Origin: Amoebidium appalachense
Taxonomy: Eukaryota; Protista; Ichthyosporea
Assembly: GCA_963693365.1 (NCBI GenBank)
Contig: CAVNZM010000001.1
Coordinates: 14,432,418-14,496,417 of the forward strand
Direction: 5' to 3'
Length of the DNA: 64,000 nt
Shown here: positions 1-28,288 of the stretch, in pieces
Layout of the letters: every line of letters begins with the position of its first letter
Position numbering within the stretch: the first letter of the stretch is position 1
The notes under the pieces: generated by a model
What the model saw: the letters and a program-made list of their open reading frames with translations, nothing else
Databases searched by the model: none
What the model was told of the DNA's origin: nothing
Program-made: the position numbers and the translations under genes

Positions 1-3330
<3,330 letters not shown>

Positions 3331-5260
3331 GGCGAGAGAGGACGTTGAGACGAGATGATCGATCATCATGATGGACTCCTGAGAAAGTAAACAAAGTGAT
3401 GCATTACTGTCCTCTTTTTGAGGTTAAATGCGCCCAAAACTTGGTAGGGGCAAGTATTAGCAGCACGAGTATAGCACATCATAACTTTCTCCCCTTATCA
3501 TGGGCCCCTCCCTCTAATAGCCTGATTCTTTTTTTTCAAAAGAGCCTCACGCTCTTGCCATATGCACGCGTGCACCACCTGGGCCGACGTGGGATTTGGG
3601 GAAGCGACTTTTTCAAGCGAGCGTGTGATCACGCATTCCAAGAACGTGTCTCTCCATTGCTATGTGCTAAACCGATCATGGATTCATGGCGTTTGTTTTC
3701 TTATGCAAAATCCCGCGGCGGATTCCCGCGGAATCCCGCCTCAAACTTGAGGCTTCCTCTCTTTGCCAAAGCCTGACTTAAGCACAAGGATATTTAGTAA
3801 AAAAAAAACCTGAATATGTATTTCATACAAGATTGATGCACTTTTTTCGGGGTTTAGAGTTCCGGAAATCCTATACACTTACATATCATGGGCTCATGTG
3901 TAGCAAACATTTGAGCCCAGGGCCATGGGGCCATTGGTCGGTCACGGACACGCGAAGCAGCACTTTTCCCCGAGACTTGGGACTCAGACCTAAACAACAT
4001 GTGCTTCCAAATTTCACAAATGAACAATTGTTCAGTGTTTATCGATGATCATTTTTGACAGTTTGTTACGCTTTGCAGCACAGAATATATAGCGTATGGT
4101 TTGAAAACTTTAGAGTAATAATAACAGTTTAAGAATTTGTAGCTGTCGTTTCAAATCAAGATGTAACGTACACACGCAATACATTCTATATAAATCTGTG
4201 GGACTCCTGCTGCTTTTCGATAGATCAACATCATCCCCCCACCGGAGTTGATGTTTGTTTAGAATACCGAATTACCGATGCACTATCATCCAATCACTGC
4301 CCCTTTCCTCGCCCGGGATAATGGCTTCAGAAAAACTCTCCACAAATTCGCTGCGAAGATTTAAAAATATAAAATAAGGGGTCTTTAGTACACGGAGCTG
4401 TGCGTGATTATGCATTTTCACAACAAAAAGGAACTGTCTGAATAAACAGACATGCGCAGATGCACACATAAAAAAAAAAACACAAAATTTCATGAAAGCC
4501 GACGGTATGTACACATCAACACAGCAATCACAATCATGTGACATCTTCTGCAACAGCCTCAGGAGGTGGGGTTTATGAAGTCGAAAATAATTCAAACGGA
4601 AAAGTTAGGTTTGGAAACCGGTCTCCCTCAAAGAAATGGGCGAAAAGAGCAAAAGCCATTTCCGATTAGCTACAACTCACAGCTCTCAAAGATGGCGGGA
4701 TCTCTACCAATCATGTATCGCTCTCGAACAAAGCAACGTGGCTCCAATGATTGGGAGACCGGCCTCAGAAACACTTTGACAAATTTTTTTTGACAAATTT
4801 CGATTCCTAAAATCTAAGCCCAAGGGTGTGTCTTTCTGCAAGAACATGCTTGACAAAAAGCACAAATGCATTATTAACAATGCACTTATAGAAAAAAAAA
4901 ACTATCAACTCCTTTGAGCTTTTTATTTTTCTCTTGTGTTGATCGCTGCTATGTTCTAGGGTGGCTTTTTGTTCTCAAAATCAAATACTAAATTCCTGAA
5001 AGCCGAAATTGTACAATGATTCCCCTCGAGCTCGTAGGGCCATGATCGGCTTGACAATAGCTGTCACATGGAAAGAAATGAGTACATAGTATGTACACTA
5101 ATGTATACAGTACAACCCTACTGCGAAATTTAAAGAATAGGTCACAAAAACTGACGCCCTCGCTTATAAATTTCTGAAAGAAAATTCCCAATGTTTTGAA
5201 TCTTTTTGATTTCAGTGCAGTCTTGATGCCATGCCGGAAGTTCATGGGAAGCTCACCTTG

Positions 5261-5274
5261 TGAGTCATGACTCA
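5261..5274. promoter_or_regulatory. Perfect palindrome TGAGTCATGACTCA (two abutting AP-1/bZIP-type sites) about 450 bp upstream of the arrestin ATG
   Basis: Sequence seen directly. TGASTCA is the known AP-1/GCN4 consensus. Function is not demonstrated. Confidence 0.3.
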
Positions 5275-5720
5275 TGGGTATGGGGAGACCATTGCGCATC
5301 CTGGTTTTCAGTTGCTTTTTTTTCTGGCCGCTTGCACCCTTGCGATCATGACCACAATTTTCGCTGAGGGCTTTCTGTTACACAAACTTCACTTCCGTAC
5401 GCGCCTGAGGCTTGCAGCTGTTTTTTCAGCTCTTAATTTACGAACAGTTTTTTGTATAGCCTTGGTAGCTTTGTAAGTTACAAGAACTAAAACTTTTAGC
5501 AAGTTAGACAAGCACCGTTTTCAAAACCCCCCGTTACCTACTTCATCCCTTAGGGTGGTGTTGTTCTAACAAAACAGATCAAAGGTAGCACGAATTTATC
5601 TTCAGACATGGCAGCCTCTATATAGCACCCACATCCACACACCGTGTAACACTTCATCACATTCACCAAACTGTAAATAGAGCTGATAGAAAGATTTCTA
5701 CGCCAACCCCCACTTATAAC

Positions 5721-7889
5721 ATGGTAGTAGTAGCCGGCCTGCCGAATGCGCGCCAGCTCTTCAACGCAGCGCAGGCGGTCCTCAGTAATGAAACGAAGAA
5801 GGTTGCGCCCGCTCGCACGAAGGATGCATGCGACAGCCCCGAACCGGCCTTTCCAACCACAGATGTCCCACCCACCCACACCTTCCAACTTAACCTAGCA
5901 CGTTCTGTGTATTACGACAACGATGTCATAGAAGGCACTGTGCAAATAGAGTGCACAAACGCTTGTGAACATGAACAGTACTCCAATTCTCGGTTTACGG
6001 GTTTCGACTTGGCCTCACCGGCTTGCAGTCCATTACACGCGGATCACACTTACGCCGAACTGGGCCTCACCATGTCGTGTGAACTGACATGCGAAGACGG
6101 CAAAGATAAGTCATCACACGTGCTTTACCAAGACTACACTCTTCTCGCAACCGATTTGCGAGTCGGCGGTGACCACACTGACCTGCCCATCCATCTTCCC
6201 TTCCGCGTTATGATTCCGTCGGGCGAGCCGCCTACGTTGAACATTGCAAACTGTTGCATTTCATGGGGGGTTCGACTGGTCCAGAGCGAAAAGGCAAACA
6301 GTCAGGGAGTGGGGTCCAAAATGCTCCTTTCGCGTGAAATTCAAAAGGCGTGTCTGTATAAACCCCGCGCTGGGTTGGTACCTCGCGCGTACGCGGAGCG
6401 ACGTTCGGCTTCGTTGGGGGGTTCCACAAGGAGACGGAGCAACAGCGCATGCTCGAACTCCCCCAATCAACATCCCCAGCAACGACCATCGTCGCCTCCC
6501 CTTTCCAGTCCTTCATCTCTCGACAGTGAAGGGTTGTCATCTCCGCTGGAAAACATCGCCGCCGAGTACGTCAGCGCGAGCGAGGAAATAAACGACGGGG
6601 CTGCGTCTGACGGCTTGTACATCCGCGCGTCTCTAAGCCGGGACGTATACTCCATTGGCGAACCCACCACCGTCACCTTGTGGGTACACCACCCACCAGG
6701 GGGATCTACGTTGAATCCCCTCATGAAAATCCGCAAGATCAAGGCGTCGATTGTGCAGCAAGCCCAGGTGTTTGTCGAAGGCGTAAAGACGCTGTCCCAG
6801 GAGCAAACACTCGACACGTCGTATCTTCCCACCCCGCACACTGCCTCATGTTCGTGGGAGACGGTGGGTGATGGCATCTTCTGCAAGAAGTTCACCCTCG
6901 TGGCAGGGTCCAAAAACGAAGCCGACGCAGAGCAGACACAGGCTCAGCATACACGATCGCTTACCGAGTCGCCTACGAATTCGCATCCATCCGCCCTTCC
7001 CGAGCCGTCGTTTTCAAACGGCAACGCAGCTCGTTCAACCCATTCACATCCTTCTTCCTCCTCCTCTGGTGGTAGTCCCCCCGACAGCACCAACAACAAC
7101 AATCCACTCATCCACAGACTGGGTCTTCGTCCCTTCCACCTGGACTTTAAGACCGGGTTCACGCGTCCAAGACAACGCGCGGATTCCGTACCACGACACG
7201 AGTTCAAACGATCGATCAGCTGCCCAACGAGGGACAATCCCGTGTCACCTCCACTTCCTACACCACAGAAGATCAATTCGGGATCATCAATCGCGCCGAC
7301 GATACGAAAGACGACCATCAAGGGGAGGAGGGGTTCCACAGAGACAACCGTCGTTTCTGTGAAGTACCACGTTGAGGTGAGGGTGTCATTTTATTGCCGC
7401 GCGGACGTAAAACTGGTCCTCCCCTTCAGCCTGAGCAGCGCCCTGGACTCGTCAACCCTCGAGGCGGACTGTGCGCACTCGTTCAGTACCGGGCCGGCCA
7501 TACCGCGACCCGTGACGCCGCCTCACGAACGGGTCGAACTACCCGAAACCGAAACGTGCTCGACGGACCGACTTGAAGCCACGAACCGCCGAGAGCTCTT
7601 CATGTCTCTGTGTGCCCAACACGCACCCGTCGACCACCCCCCACCCTACCACCGGCTAGAGGGAGAATCCGTGTCTATGCCGCCCCCGACCACCAGCGAC
7701 TCAGCTCGAAACGTCGACCCGGTTGGGTTCTTTGCACGGCCCGGCCCGTTGGGCGCGTTCAGCTGGTTTGACCGAACGGGCCACGAGTCGCCCTGCTGTG
7801 GGAGGCTGCCACAACCAGCCGAAAGGTCTACCCGCGAGCCGACCGCAGAGGAGAGGTTTTTCTCTCGCACACTTGCTGGGCTTATTTAG
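5721..7889 (+). CDS. Arrestin-family protein (N and C arrestin domains, beta-arrestin-like motifs, Ser/Pro-rich inserts, PPxY motif), single coding exon, 722 aa
   Basis: Long non-repetitive ORF. LYIRASLSRDVYSIGEPTTVTL, KIRKIKASIVQ and VSVKYHVEVRV...DVKLVLPFSL parallel recalled beta-arrestin LHLEASLDKEIYYHGEPI, KKIKISVRQ and VSYKVKVKL...DVAVELPFTL. LPFRVMIPSGEPPT fits the N domain. Confidence 0.85.
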   Translation: MVVVAGLPNARQLFNAAQAVLSNETKKVAPARTKDACDSPEPAFPTTDVPPTHTFQLNLARSVYYDNDVIEGTVQIECTNACEHEQYSNSRFTGFDLASPACSPLHADHTYAELGLTMSCELTCEDGKDKSSHVLYQDYTLLATDLRVGGDHTDLPIHLPFRVMIPSGEPPTLNIANCCISWGVRLVQSEKANSQGVGSKMLLSREIQKACLYKPRAGLVPRAYAERRSASLGGSTRRRSNSACSNSPNQHPQQRPSSPPLSSPSSLDSEGLSSPLENIAAEYVSASEEINDGAASDGLYIRASLSRDVYSIGEPTTVTLWVHHPPGGSTLNPLMKIRKIKASIVQQAQVFVEGVKTLSQEQTLDTSYLPTPHTASCSWETVGDGIFCKKFTLVAGSKNEADAEQTQAQHTRSLTESPTNSHPSALPEPSFSNGNAARSTHSHPSSSSSGGSPPDSTNNNNPLIHRLGLRPFHLDFKTGFTRPRQRADSVPRHEFKRSISCPTRDNPVSPPLPTPQKINSGSSIAPTIRKTTIKGRRGSTETTVVSVKYHVEVRVSFYCRADVKLVLPFSLSSALDSSTLEADCAHSFSTGPAIPRPVTPPHERVELPETETCSTDRLEATNRRELFMSLCAQHAPVDHPPPYHRLEGESVSMPPPTTSDSARNVDPVGFFARPGPLGAFSWFDRTGHESPCCGRLPQPAERSTREPTAEERFFSRTLAGLI

Positions 7890-8800
7890 TGACTATGTTG
7901 GTGATGTCCCGTGAGAATTGAATGGTGGTCATTGTAGAGTTTTTAGGGTGACCAGGAGAAATTGCGGCAACTTCTTTGTATTGTTCTTTGTATTGGAGGC
8001 TGCTGAGCATAAAATGCGCGGCCAGTTTCTAGTTCATGTTTCTAATAAAAGCGCGTTGATGAGGAATATTGCTGCTTCAAAATTCTAATACGGAGATTGT
8101 ATTTAAGGTCGCGGTGAAAGTGTAACAAAAAGTGCGTAAGAGTTTCTCCATGTTGATAAACGTAAGCTGTATAAGCCAGTCTCGCCGTCTTTCAGGCCTG
8201 AAATATTATTGTTTGCTTGCTTATCGAGTTTGTATCTGCTCGTACTACCGTAGTGCTGCCGTATTAATTTTTTTTCCACAACAAGCACATTTGATAAACA
8301 CAAAACTGCTAGCATATGTGTATGTTTTCTTCACCATTTTCTTGGTACATACATTACAACCAAAACAGAGACGCTACCTAGAGTTGTTTTGTCCCTGGTA
8401 ACAGCAGGGGAATTCTCGATTATGCCACAGAGATGCCGATGCATGCTGTACCCCTCACCTCTCTTCCCATCGCATGTGCAGTGCCTCACAAACACCCACC
8501 CACACACACACAAACAAACCATCACCATCTGCCGCAACCACCACACCATGCATCACACCCCTCACCACCATGGCGGCCACTACGGTGCACAGAGTACATA
8601 TAAGCCCCCCCCCCCCCCCCCCCCCCCCTTTAGGTTTTTCCTCCCCCCCCCCCCCCTTGCCCCCTCCCCCCTCCCCTCGATCCCGCCCAGATTTTCCCCA
8701 AATCACCACCTCACCCTCCTGCACAATGAGTGGCGCACAGAGCACAGAGTCTTACTCCGATATCAGCCCCCTGCAACCCCCTTTCCCCCGCCCCCCTCCG

Positions 8801-8846
<46 letters not shown>

Positions 8847-9746
8847 ACGCACACACACCCCTCCCCTCCCCCAGCCCTTCCACTATGCCACAAGCCGTGG
8901 CCTTAGACCGCAGGTTCGTAGAAATGCCTGGCTCTCTGTTTCTCCACCGTTGCGATGATGGGCCACGGTACCTTTTTGGGAGAATTTCCCGAAAAGCGTA
9001 AGCATAATTCTTGCATCCAGCACAAAGGTGAAGTATAATCAAAGCCGTGGTGCCTCCATGGGCTCAGGTTGAAGATCATTGCTCAGGAAGCGGGGAACAT
9101 TTATTGGTTGCTGCCCTTCGGGTGTAAAACTATAATACTACTGTCCAACCGTCCGCTCTCTCATCTTTCTTAAGCGCTCGAGCTCTCACATGTGTACAGA
9201 CTAATTCAGCTGTAGTGGCTCTTCTTTTGCCTTTTGCATGACAGCTCACGTACGTCTGAGGCTCCGTAATACAAAAGTATTGTTGCGTACCCCCAAAATG
9301 CATATATTCCGTGCTGAGGGCACATTGAATAAGTGGGAAACCAATCAACGTGACGTCATATGAACACAGACTACCCCATCCCAACATCTCAGGCTTTGTG
9401 GCTCGGTGAGCCTCCGGCTGTCCGGCCGGGTGCCAACTTAGCCAAACAAATCTCTTAGTGCTGTTCAGGTGTGATTTTTTCCGAAGTCAAGAAACGATTC
9501 AACTGCGCCTGCATCCAGCTAGTTTTGACAGGTATACACTACAACACGCACTGAGTGACCGGAATCCACGTAGTTTAGGCACAGACACCCACGCATTCAC
9601 CGACGAGCCACACTCGCACAGGCATGTTTCGGCACACACAATGTCAACTGATTAGACGACACAGGGCACACAGACGTGTCAACAAACAACAGGCAGAAGC
9701 AAAAATACGCGTACATACATCGCACATACGCACATAACCTCCCCCC

Positions 9747-9777
<31 letters not shown>

Positions 9778-9906
9778 AAAAACTCGTACGTGTGACACGC
9801 CAAACCTGAAGTAACCATTGCTCTACATACACCTCGCCTGGACACACGCACACGCACAAACACACACGCACACGCACACACACGCGCGCACACACAAACA
9901 CACACA

Positions 9907-9942
<36 letters not shown>

Positions 9943-10708
9943 GCACACACGTGCGTATACCGGCACCTTCAGGCTCAGTCACAGGGACAATAGGCACAAA
10001 TCTTAGGCACACACACGCACACACACACGCACACACACACGCACACGCACACGCAAACACACGCACACACACAAACACACACACACACACACCAACACAC
10101 ACACACACACCCTTAGTAATTCACACACATCCAACACATCACAGAGACATACCACGTTATAGCGTTTCGTTCTTCTCTTGGTAGCTGCGCCTGTTCCCCA
10201 AACACACCCGTGCATAGTATTTCCTTGGCCCAGACCAATAATACTAGTTTTTATGGCTGGCTTGCTTTTTTGCCATTTCCTTTACACCACACGAGCTTAA
10301 TGACAATACCGACAGACAGCCTTACATGTTTCAAGGTGCCATAGACCAGCTTTGCTATTCTTTGTGGAGTGCTTCATTGCCAGATCCTTTACAACACACG
10401 AAGTTCATATGTGTTATCTTTCACGAAGCCTGAGGACTCCAAGTGTGTTGCATTGTTTTCAAAGCCAGGGAGAGACAGAGGTGGAGGGGGGAGAAGCACG
10501 GAGGGGGGGGGAAGGGGGGGGGGGGGAAGGGGGGGAGGGGGGGGGGGAGGGAGCAGACAAAGGCATACTGTTTAAAGGAGCATTTGCTGGAATGACTTGG
10601 AAAACCAGCGCTACAGAAGGCTAACATGCCATGTTTGTTGTGCAGGGCCGAGCGCCAAAATGGCAAAGGACGTAGCTGAATCGGTGGCAGAAAGGTAGCT
10701 CCCCCCCT

Positions 10709-10747
<39 letters not shown>

Positions 10748-11317
10748 TTTTTTTGTGGTGGTGGGATGGGGTGGCTTTTTTTGGGGGGGGGGGGGGGGGG
10801 TTGGTCTTTGTGTCTGTGCTGCAGATTGGCTGTGTGTGAGTGGTGTGTAGAGTGTAAGTAGTGTGTGAGAGACATTATCAGCCCGTATGTGTACGTGTGT
10901 GTGAGGGTGTGTGTATGTTCCACACACACACCCACTACTCTAGGCCCGTGCCTGTGGGGGTATGCACATGCTTGTGCATGGGCGTCAGCTTGTGCACTTT
11001 TTTGTGATATCCTGCATGTAAGGGGGGACGGAAAGTTGCCATGTTGCAAGTTGTGGCATTGTTGAAAAACTAACATATAGTAGTATCTGCGCTCTGGCTG
11101 ATGCGTAAAGGGATTCCTCGGTGGCTACCCCCCCCCCCCCCCTCCCTTTTTTTTTTTTTTTTTTCTTTTGGAGGGAGGAGGGGGGGGGGGGGGGGGGGGG
11201 GGATGAATTGAGGGTGCAATGGGGGGAGGCACGGCAGAGAAAGAGATATATATACATAACAGCAAATGTGGATGAGGGATGTCGGAGGGGTGAGAGGTTG
11301 AGGTTTCCCCCCGGTGG

Positions 11318-11356
<39 letters not shown>

Positions 11357-11488
11357 GGCGGCAATACCAAGTTCTGAGACGTTAGCGGGTTCTTTTTTGG
11401 TTGTTTGGTACATGTAATTTGAAACCGGGGGAACCAAAGATTGGCTTTGACACGAGGTGGGGTTTTTTTTTCCAGCCTGACTGCACAG

Positions 11489-11886
11489 ATCGTGAGGGAC
11501 GCAATATTCGAAGCTGTGGGCCAATCGGAGGCCATAGCTGACCAGCCAGACGAATATGTCGACAGGTGGAACATTCCCCCCCCTCCCCCCGGGGCCATTC
11601 TTTCCCCCTCATGTGCTCCGACCTTACCCTACTCTTCATTTTGGCTGTTTTCCTAAGACGGGGGACAAAAGCGGGGTCGGTGACATATGTAAGTGCCCCC
11701 CCAGGGGGCGGCGGCGGGGGGGGGGGGGGGGGGGGGGGTGGTTTGGAAAGGCTTGAAGTCATCAAGTTCAATTGACCGAAGGAAGACCTCTGCAGTGGGG
11801 AAAGAGGGGGGGGGAGGAGGGGGAGGAGCAGGAGGGGATGAAGTAATTCCTAATAACTGAAGAGAGACGTCTCGTCTGCAGGGGGA

Positions 11887-11951
<65 letters not shown>

Positions 11952-12548
11952 GTGCACTGGAGGGGAGAAGGTAGTTCAATGAACAGAATGAAGGTTTCTG
12001 TGTGTTTGTCAAAGGCTAAGTGTGCTGTACACACCATGCCCCCTCCCCCTCTCCCCCCCCCCCCCCCCCCCCCCCCACACACACACACCACACACACCCC
12101 CCCCCCCCCCCCCCCTCCCCCTCTCCCCCCCGGTTCTGCTTTCCCGTCCCGGTGCTGTGTTCTTTATCTGTGTTTGTCTCTAAAAATAGGACTGGGATAT
12201 ATCTACGTAGTCTATTTCTGGAACTGTGTACTTAGCTGATGTTTGAGCAGGTGGATTGATGCGTCACGTTTTGTATTTTTCGTCCCTGCTGCATCTTTTT
12301 ATGTTAATGTACCTGTCTCTTTAGACCCATGCGTTTCTTACCATGGCTATATTTAAATGCATTTGAGTCTGATGGTTCTATTTTTAGGCTTGTGGATGAG
12401 CTGGTGCGGCTGTCACTGAGTGAGGCCAGGAGCTGCAAAGAGGCCGGGGAGGACTTTGACCTGAATGCATTTGTGGCAAGGTGGGTGTGGGTGTGCTTGG
12501 GTGTTTCCTTTTCTATCCCTTTCTCTTTTTTTTTGTCTTTTTCCTTGG

Positions 12549-12583
<35 letters not shown>

Positions 12584-12752
12584 CCCCTGCTGGAAGTCGG
12601 GGGAGGTTGGGGGGGGGGGGGGGGGGGGGGGGCTTTCTCTTATCTTCTTCCTTTCTTTTCTTTTCTCGCTTTTTTTTTGGAGGGGGGAGGGGGGTGGGGG
12701 GGCGAAGGTAAAATAGGGGTGGGTGAGAAGATGGGGTGGGGGGGAGGCAAAG

Positions 12753-12797
<45 letters not shown>

Positions 12798-13018
12798 GGG
12801 AAGGAGTGTGTGTGGGAGGGGGATGCATGCATGTCTACCGGTGTTTCAACGGGCACCTGTTTCAGCAGATGTGTTGGGAGTATATTGACCCCCCCCCCCC
12901 CTCCCCCCCCCCCCGCCCCTGAGGCCCGGCTGCACTCATAATAGCTGCACTTTCTAACTCAGTTTGTAACCGCAGGACGATCGACGACCTTGTGTCTTCC
13001 AGCCTGGCATCATCATAA
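11489..13018 (+). CDS. 3' end of an unidentified multi-exon gene (exons 11489-11565, 12388-12480, 12976-13018); upstream exons probably lie in 8400-10500
   Basis: Three AG/GT-bounded exons join in phase 2/2 to give IVRDAIFEAVGQSEAIADQPDEYVDR-LVDELVRLSLSEARSCKEAGEDFDLNAFVAR-TIDDLVSSSLASS*. No family recognised. Confidence 0.6.
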
Positions 13019-13024
13019 CCGGGT

Positions 13025-13432
13025 TTTAATCATATTCACGCGTGTCAAAATGTGTATTCTTCGTATTCAGATGCGTGATATAATGGTCGGTTGAGTTAGA
13101 ATGTGTATTCTTCGTATTACGATGTGTGATATAATGCCCGTTTGCTAATCGCACGTGCATAAATGTGTTTTTCTTAATCGCGTGATTTTTTCGATGTTTC
13201 CCATCACATACTTTACGATTCCGAAAATATTTATTCTCTTCGTTCACATAAGCATACGTCACGTCGCATTTGGTGCGATCGTATATTCTCACACGTGTGC
13301 AAATATGTACCTTTCTTTTTCACGTGCGTTTTGAGGTTATTCCCCATGCACAAACGGTTTCAAGATCCACACTCAACGCGTTCCTATATAAGCCCCCCCC
13401 CCCCCCCCCTTTTTTTTTTTCGTACTCCCGTA

Positions 13433-13463
<31 letters not shown>

Positions 13464-13495
13464 GACGTTGCATTCATATTCGCGTGATATATATC
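13025..13495. repeat. AT-rich region with a 51-bp-period duplication and recurring (C/T)GCGTGAT and CACGTG-like motifs; possible transposon subterminal region
   Basis: AATGTGTATTCTTCGTATT..GATG.GTGATATAATG at about 13049 and 13100; TCATATTC..GCGTG near both 13030 and 13474. Confidence 0.45.
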
Positions 13496-13524
13496 CTGGA
13501 TGCACTTCTGCATTCAACTATTTG

Positions 13525-13770
13525 TCAGACAACATGTGGGTTAAACTTTGCTTGAAGTTGGTTGGGCTCTTTACCAAAGGTCTTGGGTGCAGCAGATAGA
13601 TAAGATGTAATGTGTGTATCTTTCCACTGAGTGCCATCATATGTAGACACATAGCCGGGATACCTTTGAGCTTGGCAAAGGTATGGTGAGTGTGTACGGT
13701 AACGTACGTGTTTGCTGTTATGTGGGCTGTGTGTGTGTGTGTGTGTGTGTGGACTTTTTTTTTTTTTTTT

Positions 13771-13802
<32 letters not shown>

Positions 13803-14454
13803 GGGAGGGAGGGGGGGGGGGGGTAGGGGGAGGGGAGGGGGGGGGGGTAGGGAGGGGGGGGGGGGGGGGGGAGGAGAATGTCGATTCTATCTGCGAAAAA
13901 CCTTGGCATAACATTATGGCTAGCATGCGCCCATAGAATTTTCAGATAAGGCCACTCTTTGGTTTGTTGGTTATAATAGCTGTTGAAAATGGAATAGTGT
14001 GGTTTTGCCACGTATGCATGTACGATTGAAACATAAATTGGCTGGAACCTAATGCGACAAACTGAAGAGTTATCTAGAAATAAAATTGTGTCTCAGGCCC
14101 CCAGCTAGGGCCACAATGAATATGTATCTAGCATATGCATATGCAATAATCATTGAGTTATGAGTTTAAGTTATGAGTTAAGATGCATATGGATTGGTTG
14201 GCAAATCAAATCCCTTCATGGAATCAGAAAAGCTCTAGGCATCCAAAACTTATCAAACATTTACCAGAACATGTGCACAGCCACACGTGCATGAACACCC
14301 GTATATACACCAGTGTTAATAGATTATGACCATCTTGTGCAAGAATATTTGAGGCCCCGCTTTCACAGGTCACTCACTTTTAAGATAATTATATATAACG
14401 TACAGGTAAATCGAGGGTGGTTCCTCGGCCGTAGGTTTCGTTAACCAACCCCCC

Positions 14455-14494
<40 letters not shown>

Positions 14495-14520
14495 AACACA
14501 TACCCACCGACCACCACCAC

Positions 14521-14563
<43 letters not shown>

Positions 14564-14607
14564 ATCCCCCTGCCCCAACTAGGAAACGTTCCCACAGGAC
14601 GGGAGAG

Positions 14608-14639
<32 letters not shown>

Positions 14640-14808
14640 ACAAAACACACACACACACACACACATACACCTCTCTCCTCCTCCTCTCCCGTCCTGTGGG
14701 AACGTTTTCTAACTTTGGGGTAGGGGGGTGTTTTTTTTTTTTTTTTTTTTTTTTTTCTTTGGTGGTGGTGGTCGGTGGGCGGGTGTTGGGGAAGGAGGGG
14801 AGGAAAGG

Positions 14809-14845
<37 letters not shown>

Positions 14846-14985
14846 GCCGGGGTGGGGAGTGTTTGCATCAGTGCACTGCATACCCCTTGTTGCTTGAACT
14901 CCGTGCCATGTTTGCTCAGACTGACAGGCCAGAGCACGGCCAGCCTCCTATTATTGAAAGCACCCTCACACACAATCACGTACTG
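13525..14985 (-). pseudogene. Fragmented coding relic, possibly a CMC/EnSpm (Tnp2-like) transposase
   Basis: Protein-like segments YVIVCEGAFNNRRLAVLWPVSLSKHG, FNSYYNQQTKEWPYLKILWAHASHNVMPRFFADR and QRYPGYVSTYDGTQWK...KFNPH. YDG..WK resembles the recalled EnSpm DIYDG..WK motif. No termini found. Confidence 0.3.
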
Positions 14986-15288
14986 GTATAGACTCACTCA
15001 GTGCTGCGCACAGACACGCGCACATTGCAACACAAACACACAAAGTATGATAGTGTATCACCTTATAACACAGCTCGGGGCAACCACCAGACACGCACAG
15101 AAATCTGAAAAACTTGCGCACACATACCGTAACACGAGAGCTCGAGAGCTCAAGAGAAGGAGAGAAAGAGAGAGAGCTCGAGAGAGGCCCGGTGGGAGGT
15201 AAGGAGGGGTAGAGAGGGAGGGAGAGATAGAGAGAGAGCTCGAGAGAGGGAGGGAAGGAGGGAGGGAGGTAATGAGGGGTAGAAAGAG

Positions 15289-15367
<79 letters not shown>

Positions 15368-15480
15368 GAGGGGGAGAGAGAGAGGAGAGAGATCTGATAG
15401 AGAGAGAGAGAGAGATTCAGAAACACGCAAGAGGCTAGGGTGTGGCTACGTGTGTGTGTGTGTGTGTGTGGGTGGGTGGG

Positions 15481-15514
<34 letters not shown>

Positions 15515-16450
15515 GCAACGGGAGGCCATGGGGAAGGCCTAGATAGAGGAATTTCAATTTTTCGACAAATATAAATCATGCTGCAACCACCTGATTATTA
15601 TTCCGAGTCTTACAACAATTTCAGCCGGCCAAAGCGGCAGAATATCACAAGCAATTATACTTCATATTTCGACCATTCATGTGATAGCATCAACTACCAA
15701 TTTAGGCTAATGTCACAATTAAGGTAAGAACTAGCATGCATCACACCAGGAACATAACATTAGTTCCCTAACAGTTACCTTACAATCGCAACCACGATTA
15801 CCAATCGCTATTCATCCTAACATGTTAGACTTTCAAGAATATCAGAATCACCTGCATTATCAGCAAATTGAATATCAATCAATCAGCGGAAGGGAAAGGC
15901 CAAAAAGAAAAAAGAAAAGAAAAAAAAGGAACACCGATGAGTAACCCTCGTCAGACCAAACGTGCGTGGTGGCGCAACAACAATCCCCCAAAACAAAAAC
16001 AAAAACAAAAACAAAAAAAAACAAGCTACGTTGCCCATAACACACCACTTGTTTAAAAAAATACTACAACCTATTTAAAGTTAATCCACTAATTTCTACT
16101 GATACAACACCTAGCCTACCTGCCGGCTCCACCGCTGCCCAAGCCACTTTCATCCCGCCTAAAAGTCGAGCAAAAGCACATCGAATCATGCACGACGCAA
16201 ACTTTAAGGACTGGGTTTACAGTTTAAAAAACTCAAAGTTATCGAAGGGTTTGCATTCCTGAATCTCACTACTGAATTCAAAAAAACCACTATGGAGGCA
16301 CAAACAAAAGCATCGAAAAAGCGGATGTCGTGTGTGCATGTGTGTGTGTGCTTGTGTGTGTTTGTGAGCGCGCGCGTGCGTCTGTATGATTGCAAGAAAA
16401 CTAAGTACGTGGGTGTGCTTTGCACCCCAATACACGCTTTAATAGCAGTT

Positions 16451-28288
<11,838 letters not shown>

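Noticed and set aside
4608-4772. CCGGTCTCCC / GGGAGACCGG inverted pair around an AAGATGGCGG (YY1-like) motif
   Set aside because: Only about 10 bp of match and no TSD; cannot distinguish MITE, promoter or chance.
8103-8120. TTAAGG... as a Kolobok-type left end
   Set aside because: No convincing matching right terminus found.
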